Assembly (NCBI RefSeq): GCF_000829315.1
Contig: NZ_AP013028.1
Location: 600,001 to 632,000, forward strand
Source of the DNA: Wolbachia endosymbiont of Cimex lectularius
GTDB taxonomy: Bacteria > Pseudomonadota > Alphaproteobacteria > Rickettsiales > Anaplasmataceae
Direction of reading: 5' to 3'
Length of the DNA: 32,000 nucleotides
Shown here: positions 11,382 through 20,687 of the stretch, piece after piece
Layout of the letters: each line of letters opens with the position of its first letter
Numbering within the stretch: the first letter of the stretch is position 1
Program-made: the position numbers and the translations under genes
Notes under the pieces: generated by a model
The model's database searches: none
What the model was told of the DNA's origin: nothing
What the model saw: only the letters and a program-made list of their open reading frames with translations

Positions 11382-12070
11382 ATGACATCAAAAGTAAGCT
11401 TTTCTTTAGCACTTTCCTTATTCAAATTTGCTATAATTGTTTCACCACCAACAACAGTTTGTCCTTCTGAGACTCTTATTTCTATATCAGCAGGAATGTA
11501 AATATTTACCCTACTGCCAAACCTTATAATTCCAAACCTTTCACCTGCTTTTACGTTTTGAGACACTCTTAAATTACAAACGATACGACGTGCAATTAAC
11601 CCAGCTATTTGCTCTACAATAATTTCTTTCCCCTTTTCATACTCAACCACAATAACTTGCTTTTCGTTTTCGTTACTAGACCTATTGTTCATTGCAGATA
11701 CAAACTTGCCTTTCTTATAGTGCATTTCCTTTACTGTACCAGATATTGGTATACGATTCACATGCACATCCAAAACACTCAAGAATATGCTAACAAGCGT
11801 GAATTTCTTCTCTTCTTTGTCTTCTGCTGATAAAGGGTAACTCACTTCTTCAATTTTCGAAATCACACCGTCTGCAGGACTTAGTACAAGGTCTTTATTG
11901 CCTGGAACAACCCTTGCTGGATCACGAAAGAAATAAGTGCACAATAACGTTGGAAACAAGCATATAACGCCAAAACCCCAAGATATAGAGAATGCTATAC
12001 ATGTTACTATAAAAGAAACCACTATAAACAAATAACCTTCCTTGTTTATATTAGGTAAACTAAAACACAT
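11378..12070 (-). CDS. psd: Phosphatidylserine decarboxylase proenzyme
   Basis: [30 protein letters not shown] and [12 protein letters not shown] (pyruvoyl-forming GS site). Overlaps pssA by 4 nt. Confidence 0.92.
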   Translation of the reverse strand: MCFSLPNINKEGYLFIVVSFIVTCIAFSISWGFGVICLFPTLLCTYFFRDPARVVPGNKDLVLSPADGVISKIEEVSYPLSAEDKEEKKFTLVSIFLSVLDVHVNRIPISGTVKEMHYKKGKFVSAMNNRSSNENEKQVIVVEYEKGKEIIVEQIAGLIARRIVCNLRVSQNVKAGERFGIIRFGSRVNIYIPADIEIRVSEGQTVVGGETIIANLNKESAKEKLTFDVI

Positions 12071-12300
12071 AATCTTAATAATAATAATCTGTTATTGACA
12101 ACTTATCATTTATCACTCCTCACGGGAAGTTTTTTTTAACTGCTTCAAAAAGCTTTTTGATACGAGTTAATATTGTAAATTGTTATATTGTAGCCAAAGT
12201 AGCTTAGGTTCATCGACGATTTGATATCTTGCTCTTCATTAGCAGAATCTATGCGAAGATACTGCGGCGGTACGATGATTGTGTCCAAACTTCAGCTAAA

Positions 12301-13368
12301 TCAGAAAACTGATTCTTCTAAAAGCTGCTCGCTTTCTTCTTCCATCGCAATAGAGTTACCGTGATTTCTAAATAAATCTCTGATTTTAGTTTCTATTTCA
12401 TTGGCAACTTCTTTGTTTGTCTTGAGGTAATTTTTTACATTCTCCCTTCCTTGCCCAAGACGTGTGTTATTGTATGAATAATAAGCACCTGCTTTTTCAA
12501 GCACACCAAGTTTTGCTCCTATATCTATCATCTCTCCGAGTTTTGATATACCTTCATTGTACATTATATCAAACTTTGCTTCTCTAAATGGAGGAGCGAC
12601 TTTATTTTTTACAACTTTAACTCTCGTTTCGTTGCCCGTGATATTCTCTTTATCCTTTATTGCACCAATTTTTCTTATATCAAGCCTTATAGAAGTGTAA
12701 AATTTCAACGCATTCCCACCGGTGGTAGTTTCGGGGTTTCCATACACTACTCCTATTTTCATACGGATTTGATTAATAAATATCAGTATACAGTTCGCTT
12801 TTGAAACTGCGGAAGTTAGTTTCCTGAGCCCATGACTTAGAAGTCTTGCTTGCAATCCCATGTGCTGATCACCCATATCTCCTTCAATTTCAGCCCTTGG
12901 AGTTAATGCTGCAACAGAGTCAACAACTATCACATCAACTGCACCAGAGCACACTAAATACTCAACGATATGTAACGCTTGTTCTCCAGTGTCTGGTTGC
13001 GAGATTACCAAATCATCAGTATTTACTCCAAGCTTACGGGCATATATGACATCTAATGCATGCTCTGCATCGATAAATGCACATAATCCCCCTTTCTTCT
13101 GAGCTTCAGCAATTACATGCAAAGCAAGAGTGGTTTTACCAGAACTCTCAGGACCAAATATCTCGATTATACGTCCTTTTGGCAATCCCCCAACACCTAG
13201 TGCTGAATCAAGCGCAATTGACCCTGTGGATATTGTATCTATCTTTTCTACAGGATTCTGCTTTAGCTTCATTATGGCGCCTTTACCGAATGCTTTTTCA
13301 ATTTGGCTTATTGCGTTATCTAGCGCTTTTTGCTTATCATTATTTTTTTCTTCTGGGTTGCTTGCCAT
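12301..13368 (-). CDS. recA: Recombinase RecA
   Basis: [80 protein letters not shown] and [27 protein letters not shown]. Confidence 0.98.
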   Translation of the reverse strand: MASNPEEKNNDKQKALDNAISQIEKAFGKGAIMKLKQNPVEKIDTISTGSIALDSALGVGGLPKGRIIEIFGPESSGKTTLALHVIAEAQKKGGLCAFIDAEHALDVIYARKLGVNTDDLVISQPDTGEQALHIVEYLVCSGAVDVIVVDSVAALTPRAEIEGDMGDQHMGLQARLLSHGLRKLTSAVSKANCILIFINQIRMKIGVVYGNPETTTGGNALKFYTSIRLDIRKIGAIKDKENITGNETRVKVVKNKVAPPFREAKFDIMYNEGISKLGEMIDIGAKLGVLEKAGAYYSYNNTRLGQGRENVKNYLKTNKEVANEIETKIRDLFRNHGNSIAMEEESEQLLEESVF

Positions 13369-13469
13369 AGGTCATTTATTAATTTATATAAATTCCATGA
13401 TAATCGAACATGAACAACCTGCCAAGGGTTTTTTAATAACGAAAAATGTTGACGCTTTAAAAACAAAAA

Positions 13470-13620
13470 AACTACTTGACAACCTTCGCCGTCACCTTTA
13501 TAATGATACTGAAGCCATTTGTTTATCTTCGTAATCTGTGCACCTCATGTCTTCATAAAATTCTGGTTTTTACCTATACAAGCTGAAACGCGCTTATAAG
13601 TCGTTTAAGACAGTATAGAA
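13470..13620 (-). repeat. Dispersed repeat unit (reverse orientation)
   Basis: CTTGACAACCTTCGCC...GATACTGAAGCCATTTGTTTATCTTCGTAATCTGTGCA...TGGTTTTTACCTATACAAGCTGAAACGCGCTTATAAGTCGTTTAAGACA resembles 23341-23550 closely and 6900-7090 in the opposite orientation. Confidence 0.7.
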
Positions 13621-13729
13621 CGTCAAATAGACAAGGGAGAATTTGAATACTAGCTGCCCTAGAGTTTTTTTGCTCTTTTTCCTGCTTAGTAAAATTCTTA
13701 ACGTTTATAGTTTTGGCTATTTACATTTA

Positions 13730-13855
13730 AAAGTAGCTGAATCGTAGCGCTGAGAATAAAAACGCCGATATTTGAGGTACATATAAATAATTAGCCACCG
13801 ACCAGGGCTTCTTTTGCTTTTTTTCTCGCTTGGTAAATTTTTTAATATTTATTAC
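13730..13855 (-). repeat. Dispersed AT-rich repeat unit (reverse orientation)
   Basis: AAAAACGCCGATATTTGAG...CACCGACCAGGGCTTCTTTTGCTTTTTTTCTCGCTTGGTAAATTTTTT is the reverse complement of the 6649 and 30423 type unit. Confidence 0.7.
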
Positions 13856-13946
13856 TAAAGTAGTATCCTGGATCTCAGTGTCAGCTACTTAGATGACACC
13901 CTGAAGATTCAAAAAACCGTCATTCCGCTACGTGTTAGCGGTTGAG

Positions 13947-13996
13947 ATACTTCAAGTATTCTGTGGTTGCGTTTCTCCTAAAAATTCCTCATCATA
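13947..13996. repeat. ~50 bp direct repeat, copy A
   Basis: ATACTTCAAGTATTCTGTGGTTGCGTTTCTCCTAAAAATTCCTCATCATAA matches 17505-17555 with only a few differences. Confidence 0.8.
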
Positions 13997-14543
13997 ATGC
14001 AAGAGATCTAATAAAAGCTGTATTATCTTCTTGCAGCATTAAGTGTATGTTTTTTGCTATTTTTTCTACTAAGTGGGTGGCGTTGTCGAGATTTGCAAAT
14101 TTGGACAATACGTAATCCGCTAGATCTCTTTGATCATTGGGCCTGCCTATTCCAAATCTCAGGCGCCAATAATCATTACCAATAAAACTGTCTATAGATT
14201 TAAGTCCATTATGTCCAGCAGAGCTGCCACCCTTCTTTATTTTTATTCTTCCAAGTTCTAGATCAGCATCATCATGTATAACAATGATATTATCTAGCGA
14301 AAATTTGTAAAAGTTTCGTATTTTTGCAACAGAGATACCTGAGTTATTCATAAACGAATAAGGCTTTAGCAATATAGTTTTACTTTCATTGATTATGTCA
14401 GAGGTTGTCAGGTAATCGGCTTTTTTAGAGAACGGCTGAAAATTCCAACACTTGCAAATTGCATCAATAATGATGAAGCCAATATTATGATAAGTTAGCT
14501 CATATTGGCTACCTGGATTACCAAGCCCAACTATCAAATACAC
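13992..14543 (-). CDS. pth: Peptidyl-tRNA hydrolase
   Basis: MYLIVGLGNPGSQYELTYHNIGF, KPYSFMNNSG and HDDADLELGRIKIKKGGSSAGHNGLKSID. Confidence 0.95.
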   Translation of the reverse strand: MYLIVGLGNPGSQYELTYHNIGFIIIDAICKCWNFQPFSKKADYLTTSDIINESKTILLKPYSFMNNSGISVAKIRNFYKFSLDNIIVIHDDADLELGRIKIKKGGSSAGHNGLKSIDSFIGNDYWRLRFGIGRPNDQRDLADYVLSKFANLDNATHLVEKIAKNIHLMLQEDNTAFIRSLAL

Positions 14544-15154
14544 TATGCCTCTATCTCTGCTTGAGGTTCTTCAACGTTACTATCGGCAGCAGAGATTGTA
14601 ACAACAGTGAAGTTTTCTTCCTCGTGTGCTGCAAGTTTAACTCCTTCTGGCAATTTTACATCATTTATGTGTATAGACTGGCCGATCATTTTACCAGATA
14701 AATCGACTTCTATAGCCTGAGGTATTTTATCAGGAAAGCATTTGACAGTAATAGAACGACATAAAACATTAAGCACTCCACCTAGCTTGATTCCTGGAGA
14801 TTTGCTTTCGTTTATAAATGATAAAGGTATGTCTATTTTGATTTCACTGCCTTTATCAACAAATTGAAAATCAACATGTTGCACAGTATCCTTTACCACA
14901 TGCCATTGAATATCGCGAACAAGAGCATATTCTTTTTTACCTGAAATGTTCAATTCTATCACATGTGCAGGAAGGGAACCTGATTTATATTGTTTCGTGA
15001 ATTCCTTTGAGGACAATGTTAAATTTACATTATCATGTCCTTTACCGTATATAACTGCAGGTATATATCCTTTCTTTCTCAGAGAATACATCGCTTTTGT
15101 TTTTGTTACATCACGTAATTCTGCATTAATAGTTACCATTTCTTGTTGCGCCAT
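14543..15154 (-). CDS. rplY: 50S ribosomal protein L25/Ctc family
   Basis: RDVTKTKAMYSLRKKGYIPAVIYGKGHDNVNLTL, YALVRDIQWHVVKDTVQHVDFQFV and LNVLCRSITVKCFPDKIPQAIEVDLSG. Confidence 0.9.
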   Translation of the reverse strand: MAQQEMVTINAELRDVTKTKAMYSLRKKGYIPAVIYGKGHDNVNLTLSSKEFTKQYKSGSLPAHVIELNISGKKEYALVRDIQWHVVKDTVQHVDFQFVDKGSEIKIDIPLSFINESKSPGIKLGGVLNVLCRSITVKCFPDKIPQAIEVDLSGKMIGQSIHINDVKLPEGVKLAAHEEENFTVVTISAADSNVEEPQAEIEA

Positions 15155-15402
15155 CGATTACTCCTACTCAATTAATCTTTTTAATATAATTTAGTATATA
15201 ACATAAAAATGTTTATTTCAAACTTCATTACTCGCAGTACGTGTAAAAGATTTATAAGATACACGTATTACATATGAAAATATTGTTTAATTAATATAGT
15301 CTATTAATGAACAAGATAGTCAAGCAAATAGCATGACATTTAATAAAAAACTAACCATTGGGAATGTAAAATTATAATATATTAATTAGCTAAGGGGTAA
15401 AA

Positions 15403-15627
15403 ATGTCAACAAATTGGTTTCATGATTTTTTTTTCGGTTCTAATGAATCGGCAATAGAAGCACTAGAAAAACTTCAAAAGATGGATGCTGAGCAGTTTCA
15501 AAAGGTGTTTAGTGCGTTAAAAAAATTGCAAGAAGGTCAGCAGTTTAACGCTGAGCAGATCCAAATCGCATTTAGCAGATTAGAGGAATTGCAAAAAGGT
15601 CAATTGTTCAACACTGAGCAGATTTAA
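15403..15627 (+). CDS. Small repeat-containing protein (likely N-terminal part of an interrupted gene)
   Basis: ORF of 74 aa with RBS-like AAGGGGT before the ATG. Degenerate internal repeats: ALEKLQKMDAEQF / ALKKLQEGQQFNAEQI / RLEELQKGQLFNTEQI. Confidence 0.55.
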   Translation: MSTNWFHDFFFGSNESAIEALEKLQKMDAEQFQKVFSALKKLQEGQQFNAEQIQIAFSRLEELQKGQLFNTEQI

Positions 15628-15630
15628 AGT

Positions 15631-15909
15631 ATGCAAGAGCACTTAAACAGTTTGCAAGAAAGACTCGCAAATGTGGAAAAAAAAGTGGAAATACTTACAG
15701 ACACAGTAGCAGAACAAGAAAAAATAATGCTGACTTGTTGTATCGTAGCAAGTGTTATTGCTATAGCGGCAATTAGTTTTATTGGCTTCTGCATCTACCA
15801 GGGAATTAAGAGTGAAAGGGAGAAGCAAAAGGGCTTGTTAGATACATCAGACATGGAACTTGATAATTCAAGTAAATTAACCAGACACAAAACTTTATGT
15901 AGATGTTAG
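15631..15909 (+). CDS. Small coiled-coil protein with one transmembrane segment (likely C-terminal part of the same gene)
   Basis: ORF of 92 aa: LNSLQERLANVEKKVEILTDTVAEQEK coiled coil, then IMLTCCIVASVIAIAAISFIGFCIYQG. It is in the same frame as 15403-15627, separated by TAA (15625-15627) and one AGT codon. Confidence 0.5.
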   Translation: MQEHLNSLQERLANVEKKVEILTDTVAEQEKIMLTCCIVASVIAIAAISFIGFCIYQGIKSEREKQKGLLDTSDMELDNSSKLTRHKTLCRC

Positions 15910-16113
15910 CAGTGCCGAAGAACTACCGAAAAACACATCGATGATGCCAGACTGAATAATATTCTTCATTGCAAAGGTGTTACATAACTTGTAACACCTC
16001 ATAATCCGAATTAAGGTAATCCAAGATCTTCAGCTACACAGTTCGCATTTTAATTTGGTTGTGTTTTATTAAAAAAAACTTTAGATTTACTTCATAATCA
16101 GCACTGTGATTTG

Positions 16114-17454
16114 ATGACTAAAACTTGGAATTTATTGCAAACAGGGCAGAAAGAAGGCTACAAAATTGCATATACAAACGTTCGTATTATCGATCCAGAA
16201 ACTAAACTCGATATAAAGGGTTCACTGTTAACTGAGGGAAATAAAATCGTTGATTTTGGTGAGTCGTTATTTTCAAATGGAGTTCCAAGTGGGATTGACG
16301 AGACAACAGACTGTGAAGGACTTGTTCTCATGCCAGGCCTTATTGACATTCACGTGCATTTTCGTGAACCAGGTCAGGAGCATAAGGAAACTATACACAC
16401 AGGTAGCAAATCTGCTGCTGCAGGGGGTGTTACGACTGTGGTTTGCCAGCCTAACACTGCTCCGGCAATTGATAGCGTTGTTTTGGCTCAATATTTGAAA
16501 TATAGAGCACTTGAAACTTCACATGTAAACGTTGAGTTTTACGCTAAAATCACCACTTCAGAAGAAAAGTTGACTGAAATGGCACTTTTAAAGGAAGCAG
16601 GTGCAGTTGGGTTTACTGACGATGGTATGCCAGTTATGAATCCAATGATTATGAGGCAGGCGCTACTTTATTCAAGTATGCTGGGTGTTCCGATTGCTCA
16701 GCATGCGGAAGATTTAAATTTATCAGCAGGCGGTGCAATCAATGAAGGCAAGATCTCTGAGGAATTGGGAGTAAAGGGAATTTTAAGTGCATCAGAATCG
16801 GTCATGGTAAGTCGCGATATACTGCTCATGAAAGATATGGAAAACGTGCACTATCACATTTTACACGTTTCTGCAAAAGATTCACTCGACGCTATTAAGC
16901 GTGCAAAAGACTTAGGACTGAATGTTACATGCGAAGTAACGCCTCATCACTTCACTTTAACTGAAGATATAGTGAAACAACATGGAGCAATTGCAAAAAT
17001 GAATCCACCACTTCGCACTGAGGAAGATCGATTGGCTATGATTGAAGGTTTAAAAACAGGTGTGATTGATTGCATTGCAACTGATCACGCGCCACATGAT
17101 CGTAGTTCAAAAGATCTGCCACTTGAGAACGCTGCATTTGGTATCGTAGGTCTTGAGACAATGCTACCTCTTTCACTTGAACTTTACCACAGTGGACAAA
17201 TGAGCCTATTTGACGTACTTGTAAAATTGACATACAAACCTGCGGATATAATACACATGCCACGCGGTCGTATACAAAAAAACCTTGCTGCAGACTTAAT
17301 TTTAGTTGATCTAAATTACGAATGGGAAATTAAAATTGACAACTTTGCTAGTAAATCAAAAAATTCTCCTTTTGATGGGCGCAAGGTAAAAGGACACGTA
17401 GTACGCACTATTGTGTCCGGCAAAACTGTGTACTTGCATAGATCTCTTGCATAA
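16114..17454 (+). CDS. pyrC: Dihydroorotase
   Basis: MPGLIDIHVHFREPGQEHKETIHTGSKSAAAGGVTTVVCQPNT, DCIATDHAPHD and AAFGIVGLET. Confidence 0.93.
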   Translation: MTKTWNLLQTGQKEGYKIAYTNVRIIDPETKLDIKGSLLTEGNKIVDFGESLFSNGVPSGIDETTDCEGLVLMPGLIDIHVHFREPGQEHKETIHTGSKSAAAGGVTTVVCQPNTAPAIDSVVLAQYLKYRALETSHVNVEFYAKITTSEEKLTEMALLKEAGAVGFTDDGMPVMNPMIMRQALLYSSMLGVPIAQHAEDLNLSAGGAINEGKISEELGVKGILSASESVMVSRDILLMKDMENVHYHILHVSAKDSLDAIKRAKDLGLNVTCEVTPHHFTLTEDIVKQHGAIAKMNPPLRTEEDRLAMIEGLKTGVIDCIATDHAPHDRSSKDLPLENAAFGIVGLETMLPLSLELYHSGQMSLFDVLVKLTYKPADIIHMPRGRIQKNLAADLILVDLNYEWEIKIDNFASKSKNSPFDGRKVKGHVVRTIVSGKTVYLHRSLA

Positions 17455-17504
17455 CCTGCTTTCTGATGGTAATTTCTGCGTCAAAACTTGCTTACGCTCC
17501 TCAA

Positions 17505-17555
17505 ATACTTCAAGTATTATGCGGTTGCGTTTCTCCTAAAAATTCCTCACCATAA
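17505..17555. repeat. ~50 bp direct repeat, copy B
   Basis: ATACTTCAAGTATTATGCGGTTGCGTTTCTCCTAAAAATTCCTCACCATAA; partner of 13947-13996. Confidence 0.8.
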
Positions 17556-17607
17556 ATTGGTTACGCAAGGATCTAATGATATGTCCGCTCGGAAGTCCTA
17601 GTTTCGG

Positions 17608-18753
17608 TTAACTATATCGATAACTGACAGCTGCATTTTTACGCATATCATCCAGTAGCAAGTTGCTTTGTATCATAATCTTTTGTTGGCATATCTGCTG
17701 TTTAATAGCTTCTGTATCTGCCGTATTGCTTTTAATATCACACAACATCATTAACCTTGCAGTGCTATTTTCTCTGAATTCTACTATTTCGTTTACCCCT
17801 GTTTTACTAAATAAAGCCTGTAAATTAGGGTTTAAATCCCGCATCTTTATTTCAAATTCTTTTGCATTTGGCAATTTAAGATTATCTGCCAATTTATCAA
17901 AATTCAAACAATTGACTTTCTGCTCTTTGAGATCATCTAATGAACTTTCAGAACTTTTAACCACGACCTGTTTTAATTTTAAAGTGCTTTCCAGTAGTGT
18001 ATGATCGAGTTGTACTTTATCTATTACTTTTACAATAGAGTAACCTTCGCTAAGACTGACTGGACCTGCTATGTCACCAGTCTCTAGTCCTTCTAAAGCG
18101 CTCTTAAGGTTGCCTTTCAATTGATTCAAATTAACTGTTGCTTTACGCATCTTTATTGGAGGTTCTGGAGTAAAGTCATTATTACTATTGTGTAATTTTT
18201 TCGCCAAATCTTCGGCTATACTCTTGTCTTTCTGATCAGGAATTATAAACTCTTGAAACGTGATAAGGTAATCTGGCTTTTCTATTTGTCCTTTTGCATC
18301 GTTTACTTCCTTGTCGCTTATATTGATAAATGGTACGATTCTTGTTTCAATAATTTTGCCCCACAAAAGCTGACATTTTATTTGTTTTTTTAAGATGTCA
18401 AGGTCTATATCATGTTCTTTTATATATTGATCAATTTCATCATCCTTAATTTTAAAGCTTTGAGTTAGAAATGACACGACGGCGTCATTTAACTCTTCAT
18501 CACTCAATTTTATATTTAATCTTTGCGCCTCATTGATAATAATAATTTCGTCTATTAGCTGCCTCAGAATTTGAAGCCTTAGCTCCTTTCCATTTTGAGT
18601 GTGAAACAGTGAATTTATCAGATTAACGCGTTTTTCAATATCTAAATTTGAAATTGGTTCACCATTTACATCTGCAATAATTTCAATCTCAACCGCAAGC
18701 AACTTAATTGGCAATATTATCAACAATAAAATTAGTATTTTACGCATAAGCAA
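17608..18753 (-). CDS. SurA/parvulin-like periplasmic peptidyl-prolyl isomerase/chaperone
   Basis: ORF of 381 aa with an N-terminal signal-like segment (MLMRKILILLLIILPIKLLAVE). IIADVNGEPISNLDIEKRVNLI...LRLQILRQLIDEIIIINEAQRLNI is SurA_N-like. A degenerate PpiC-like region follows (GDIAGPVSLSEGYSIVKVIDK). Confidence 0.72.
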   Translation of the reverse strand: MLMRKILILLLIILPIKLLAVEIEIIADVNGEPISNLDIEKRVNLINSLFHTQNGKELRLQILRQLIDEIIIINEAQRLNIKLSDEELNDAVVSFLTQSFKIKDDEIDQYIKEHDIDLDILKKQIKCQLLWGKIIETRIVPFINISDKEVNDAKGQIEKPDYLITFQEFIIPDQKDKSIAEDLAKKLHNSNNDFTPEPPIKMRKATVNLNQLKGNLKSALEGLETGDIAGPVSLSEGYSIVKVIDKVQLDHTLLESTLKLKQVVVKSSESSLDDLKEQKVNCLNFDKLADNLKLPNAKEFEIKMRDLNPNLQALFSKTGVNEIVEFRENSTARLMMLCDIKSNTADTEAIKQQICQQKIMIQSNLLLDDMRKNAAVSYRYS

Positions 18754-18966
18754 TAGTTAATAATCAATTCTATAATAAATATTAAGTTAATACTAGCCAA
18801 TAGGTGACTTTTTTTGTGTAATATATCCATAGATGTCTTTAATTTATTAACATAGTAGTGCTACGTTAATACAAATTAATAAAATAAATAAAAATTTTGA
18901 GCGCTTTCAAATTAGGTGTTTTGGTTTCTTAAGTGTAGCATTGCTAAGGAATAAACTGGTTTATGT

Positions 18967-20295
18967 ATGACAAACACAGGTGAAACTATTTTTGCTTTAT
19001 CAACCGTATTTGGTAAGTCAGGAGTTGCAGTAATCAGAATTTCAGGTAGTCATGCGCTTAAGGCTTTAAGTCATTTTCATATTACAAAAGACGTCAAACC
19101 TAGGTTTGCTACTTTAGTTGATCTATATGATGATTCAGGTCAATTGATTGACAATGGAATAGCCATTTATTTTCCTGCTCCAAACAGCTTCACTGGTGAA
19201 GATGTCATAGAGTTGCAAGTGCATGGAAGCAAAGCAGTTATAAAGATTATCTTGGAGGAATTATCAAAAGTTTTTGTTATGGCTAAGCCTGGAGAATTCT
19301 CGCTTAGGGCCTTTCTAAATGGCAAGTTTGACTTAACGCAAATAGAAGGAATTGCCGACTTGATTGATGCCGAAACAAAAATGCAAGCTAAACAAGCAAT
19401 CAGGCAGATGTCAGGGGAATTAGAGAGGTTATACAGTGGTTGGAGACAGAGATTGATAGCAATGCAATCTAGAATTGAAGCATATATAGATTTTCCAGAG
19501 GATGTTGTAACAGAAAGAAACGAGCTGGAAAAGGTCAATAACGAAGTGCAAGCTCTTGTACAGTCAATACAAGACCACCTAGATGATAACAGACGTGGTG
19601 AAAGATTGCGTGAAGGTTTACATATTGTGATAACTGGTGAACCAAATGTTGGTAAATCAACGCTATTTAATTTTCTTGCCAAACGTGATATCGCTATTGT
19701 TTCTGAATACGCAGGCACAACAAGGGACGTACTTGAAGCTCATATCGACATCTGCGGATATCCGATCATCCTTTCTGATACTGCTGGAATTCGTGAGAGC
19801 TCAGATCCGGTAGAATCAGAAGGCATAAGTCGAGCGAGAAAAAAGTCTTGTGAAGCTGATTTGAGAATAGAATTATTTCCTTTTAAACAGCGTCACAATA
19901 TCAATTGCAGTGTTACAAATAGTGACACCATTTATGTGCTGAGCAAAGCTGATGACGTCAGCGATAATCATAATATAAAAATTAACAACATAGATTTTTT
20001 ATCTATTTCTATTTTAAAAGGAATAGGCACAGAAAGGCTAATCTCTGTGATTAAAGAAAAAGTAGAGAAAAAATTTGGCTGCGATAGAGACGCTCCTCTG
20101 ATTACTCGGCAAAGATATAGAAATTGTATGCAGAGAGCTATAGAGCATTTACGACGTTTTAATATAGACAATCCGATTGAACTAATATCCGAAGACTTAA
20201 GGCTTGCAGCAATTAAACTTGGTGCGGTAACTGGGGTTATTAGTGTTGAAGAAGTATTGGATGATATATTCAATAACTTCTGTGTAGGCAAGTGA
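18967..20295 (+). CDS. mnmE: tRNA modification GTPase MnmE (TrmE)
   Basis: [97 protein letters not shown] and C-terminal CVGK. Confidence 0.97.
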   Translation: MTNTGETIFALSTVFGKSGVAVIRISGSHALKALSHFHITKDVKPRFATLVDLYDDSGQLIDNGIAIYFPAPNSFTGEDVIELQVHGSKAVIKIILEELSKVFVMAKPGEFSLRAFLNGKFDLTQIEGIADLIDAETKMQAKQAIRQMSGELERLYSGWRQRLIAMQSRIEAYIDFPEDVVTERNELEKVNNEVQALVQSIQDHLDDNRRGERLREGLHIVITGEPNVGKSTLFNFLAKRDIAIVSEYAGTTRDVLEAHIDICGYPIILSDTAGIRESSDPVESEGISRARKKSCEADLRIELFPFKQRHNINCSVTNSDTIYVLSKADDVSDNHNIKINNIDFLSISILKGIGTERLISVIKEKVEKKFGCDRDAPLITRQRYRNCMQRAIEHLRRFNIDNPIELISEDLRLAAIKLGAVTGVISVEEVLDDIFNNFCVGK

Positions 20296-20342
20296 AATTT
20301 TTATAGATTGCTTGAAATCAAATGTTGTGATAAAAAAGAAGT

Positions 20343-20430
20343 GGACGGATGGCCGAGTGGTTTAAGGCACCAGTCTTGAAAACTGACGTACGTGATGAGC
20401 GTACCATGGGTTCGAATCCCATTCCGTCCG
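20343..20430 (+). tRNA. tRNA-Ser(TGA), no encoded CCA
   Basis: GGACGGATGGCCGAGTGGTTTAAGGCACCAGTCTTGAAAACTGACGTACGTGATGAGCGTACCATGGGTTCGAATCCCATTCCGTCCG. Acceptor GGACGGA/TCCGTCC, anticodon loop CTTGAAA, long variable arm. Confidence 0.96.
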
Positions 20431-20540
20431 TATACTGTTTAACATAACTCAAGTCCGACTTATTAGCCCATTTTTGTCCAATATGTGTGTGCCTTCTTCT
20501 GGGTAAGGTCAATTCGGTATTTATGGACAACCTCTTCTAC

Positions 20541-20583
20541 CTGAAGCATTTAATGCAGCTTGAGAGGATTTGTCTTGGCAGCA
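20541..20583 (+). repeat. Island-flanking direct repeat, left copy
   Basis: CTGAAGCATTTAATGCAGCTTGAGAGGATTTGTCTTGGCAGCA aligns to 25681-25733 (CTGAAAGTGTTTAATGTAGCTTGAGAGGAgaaaaattaTTTGTCTTGACAGCA) with one ~9 nt gap. Confidence 0.65.
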
Positions 20584-20687
20584 CATCTTGCAGTATTTCC
20601 AAGTTCACGCTAAGGTATCTGTATATCAATGTTTATTACTTTTTTACCATTTGCTGATACTATTTTTAAAATTATGTGAGGTTGAGG

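Noticed and set aside
12846-13534. Plus-strand ORFs overlapping recA (67, 97 and 134 aa)
   Set aside because: Antisense shadows of a strongly supported recA gene.
19167-20291. Minus-strand ORFs of 183 and 107 aa inside mnmE
   Set aside because: Antisense to a full-length mnmE with all expected motifs.
20318-20530. 70-aa minus-strand ORF (MSINTELTLPRRRHTHIGQKW...GMGFEPMVRSSRTSVFKTGALNHSAIRPL)
   Set aside because: It lies across tRNA-Ser. The GFEPM-type peptide is the familiar artefact of translating a tRNA antisense strand.
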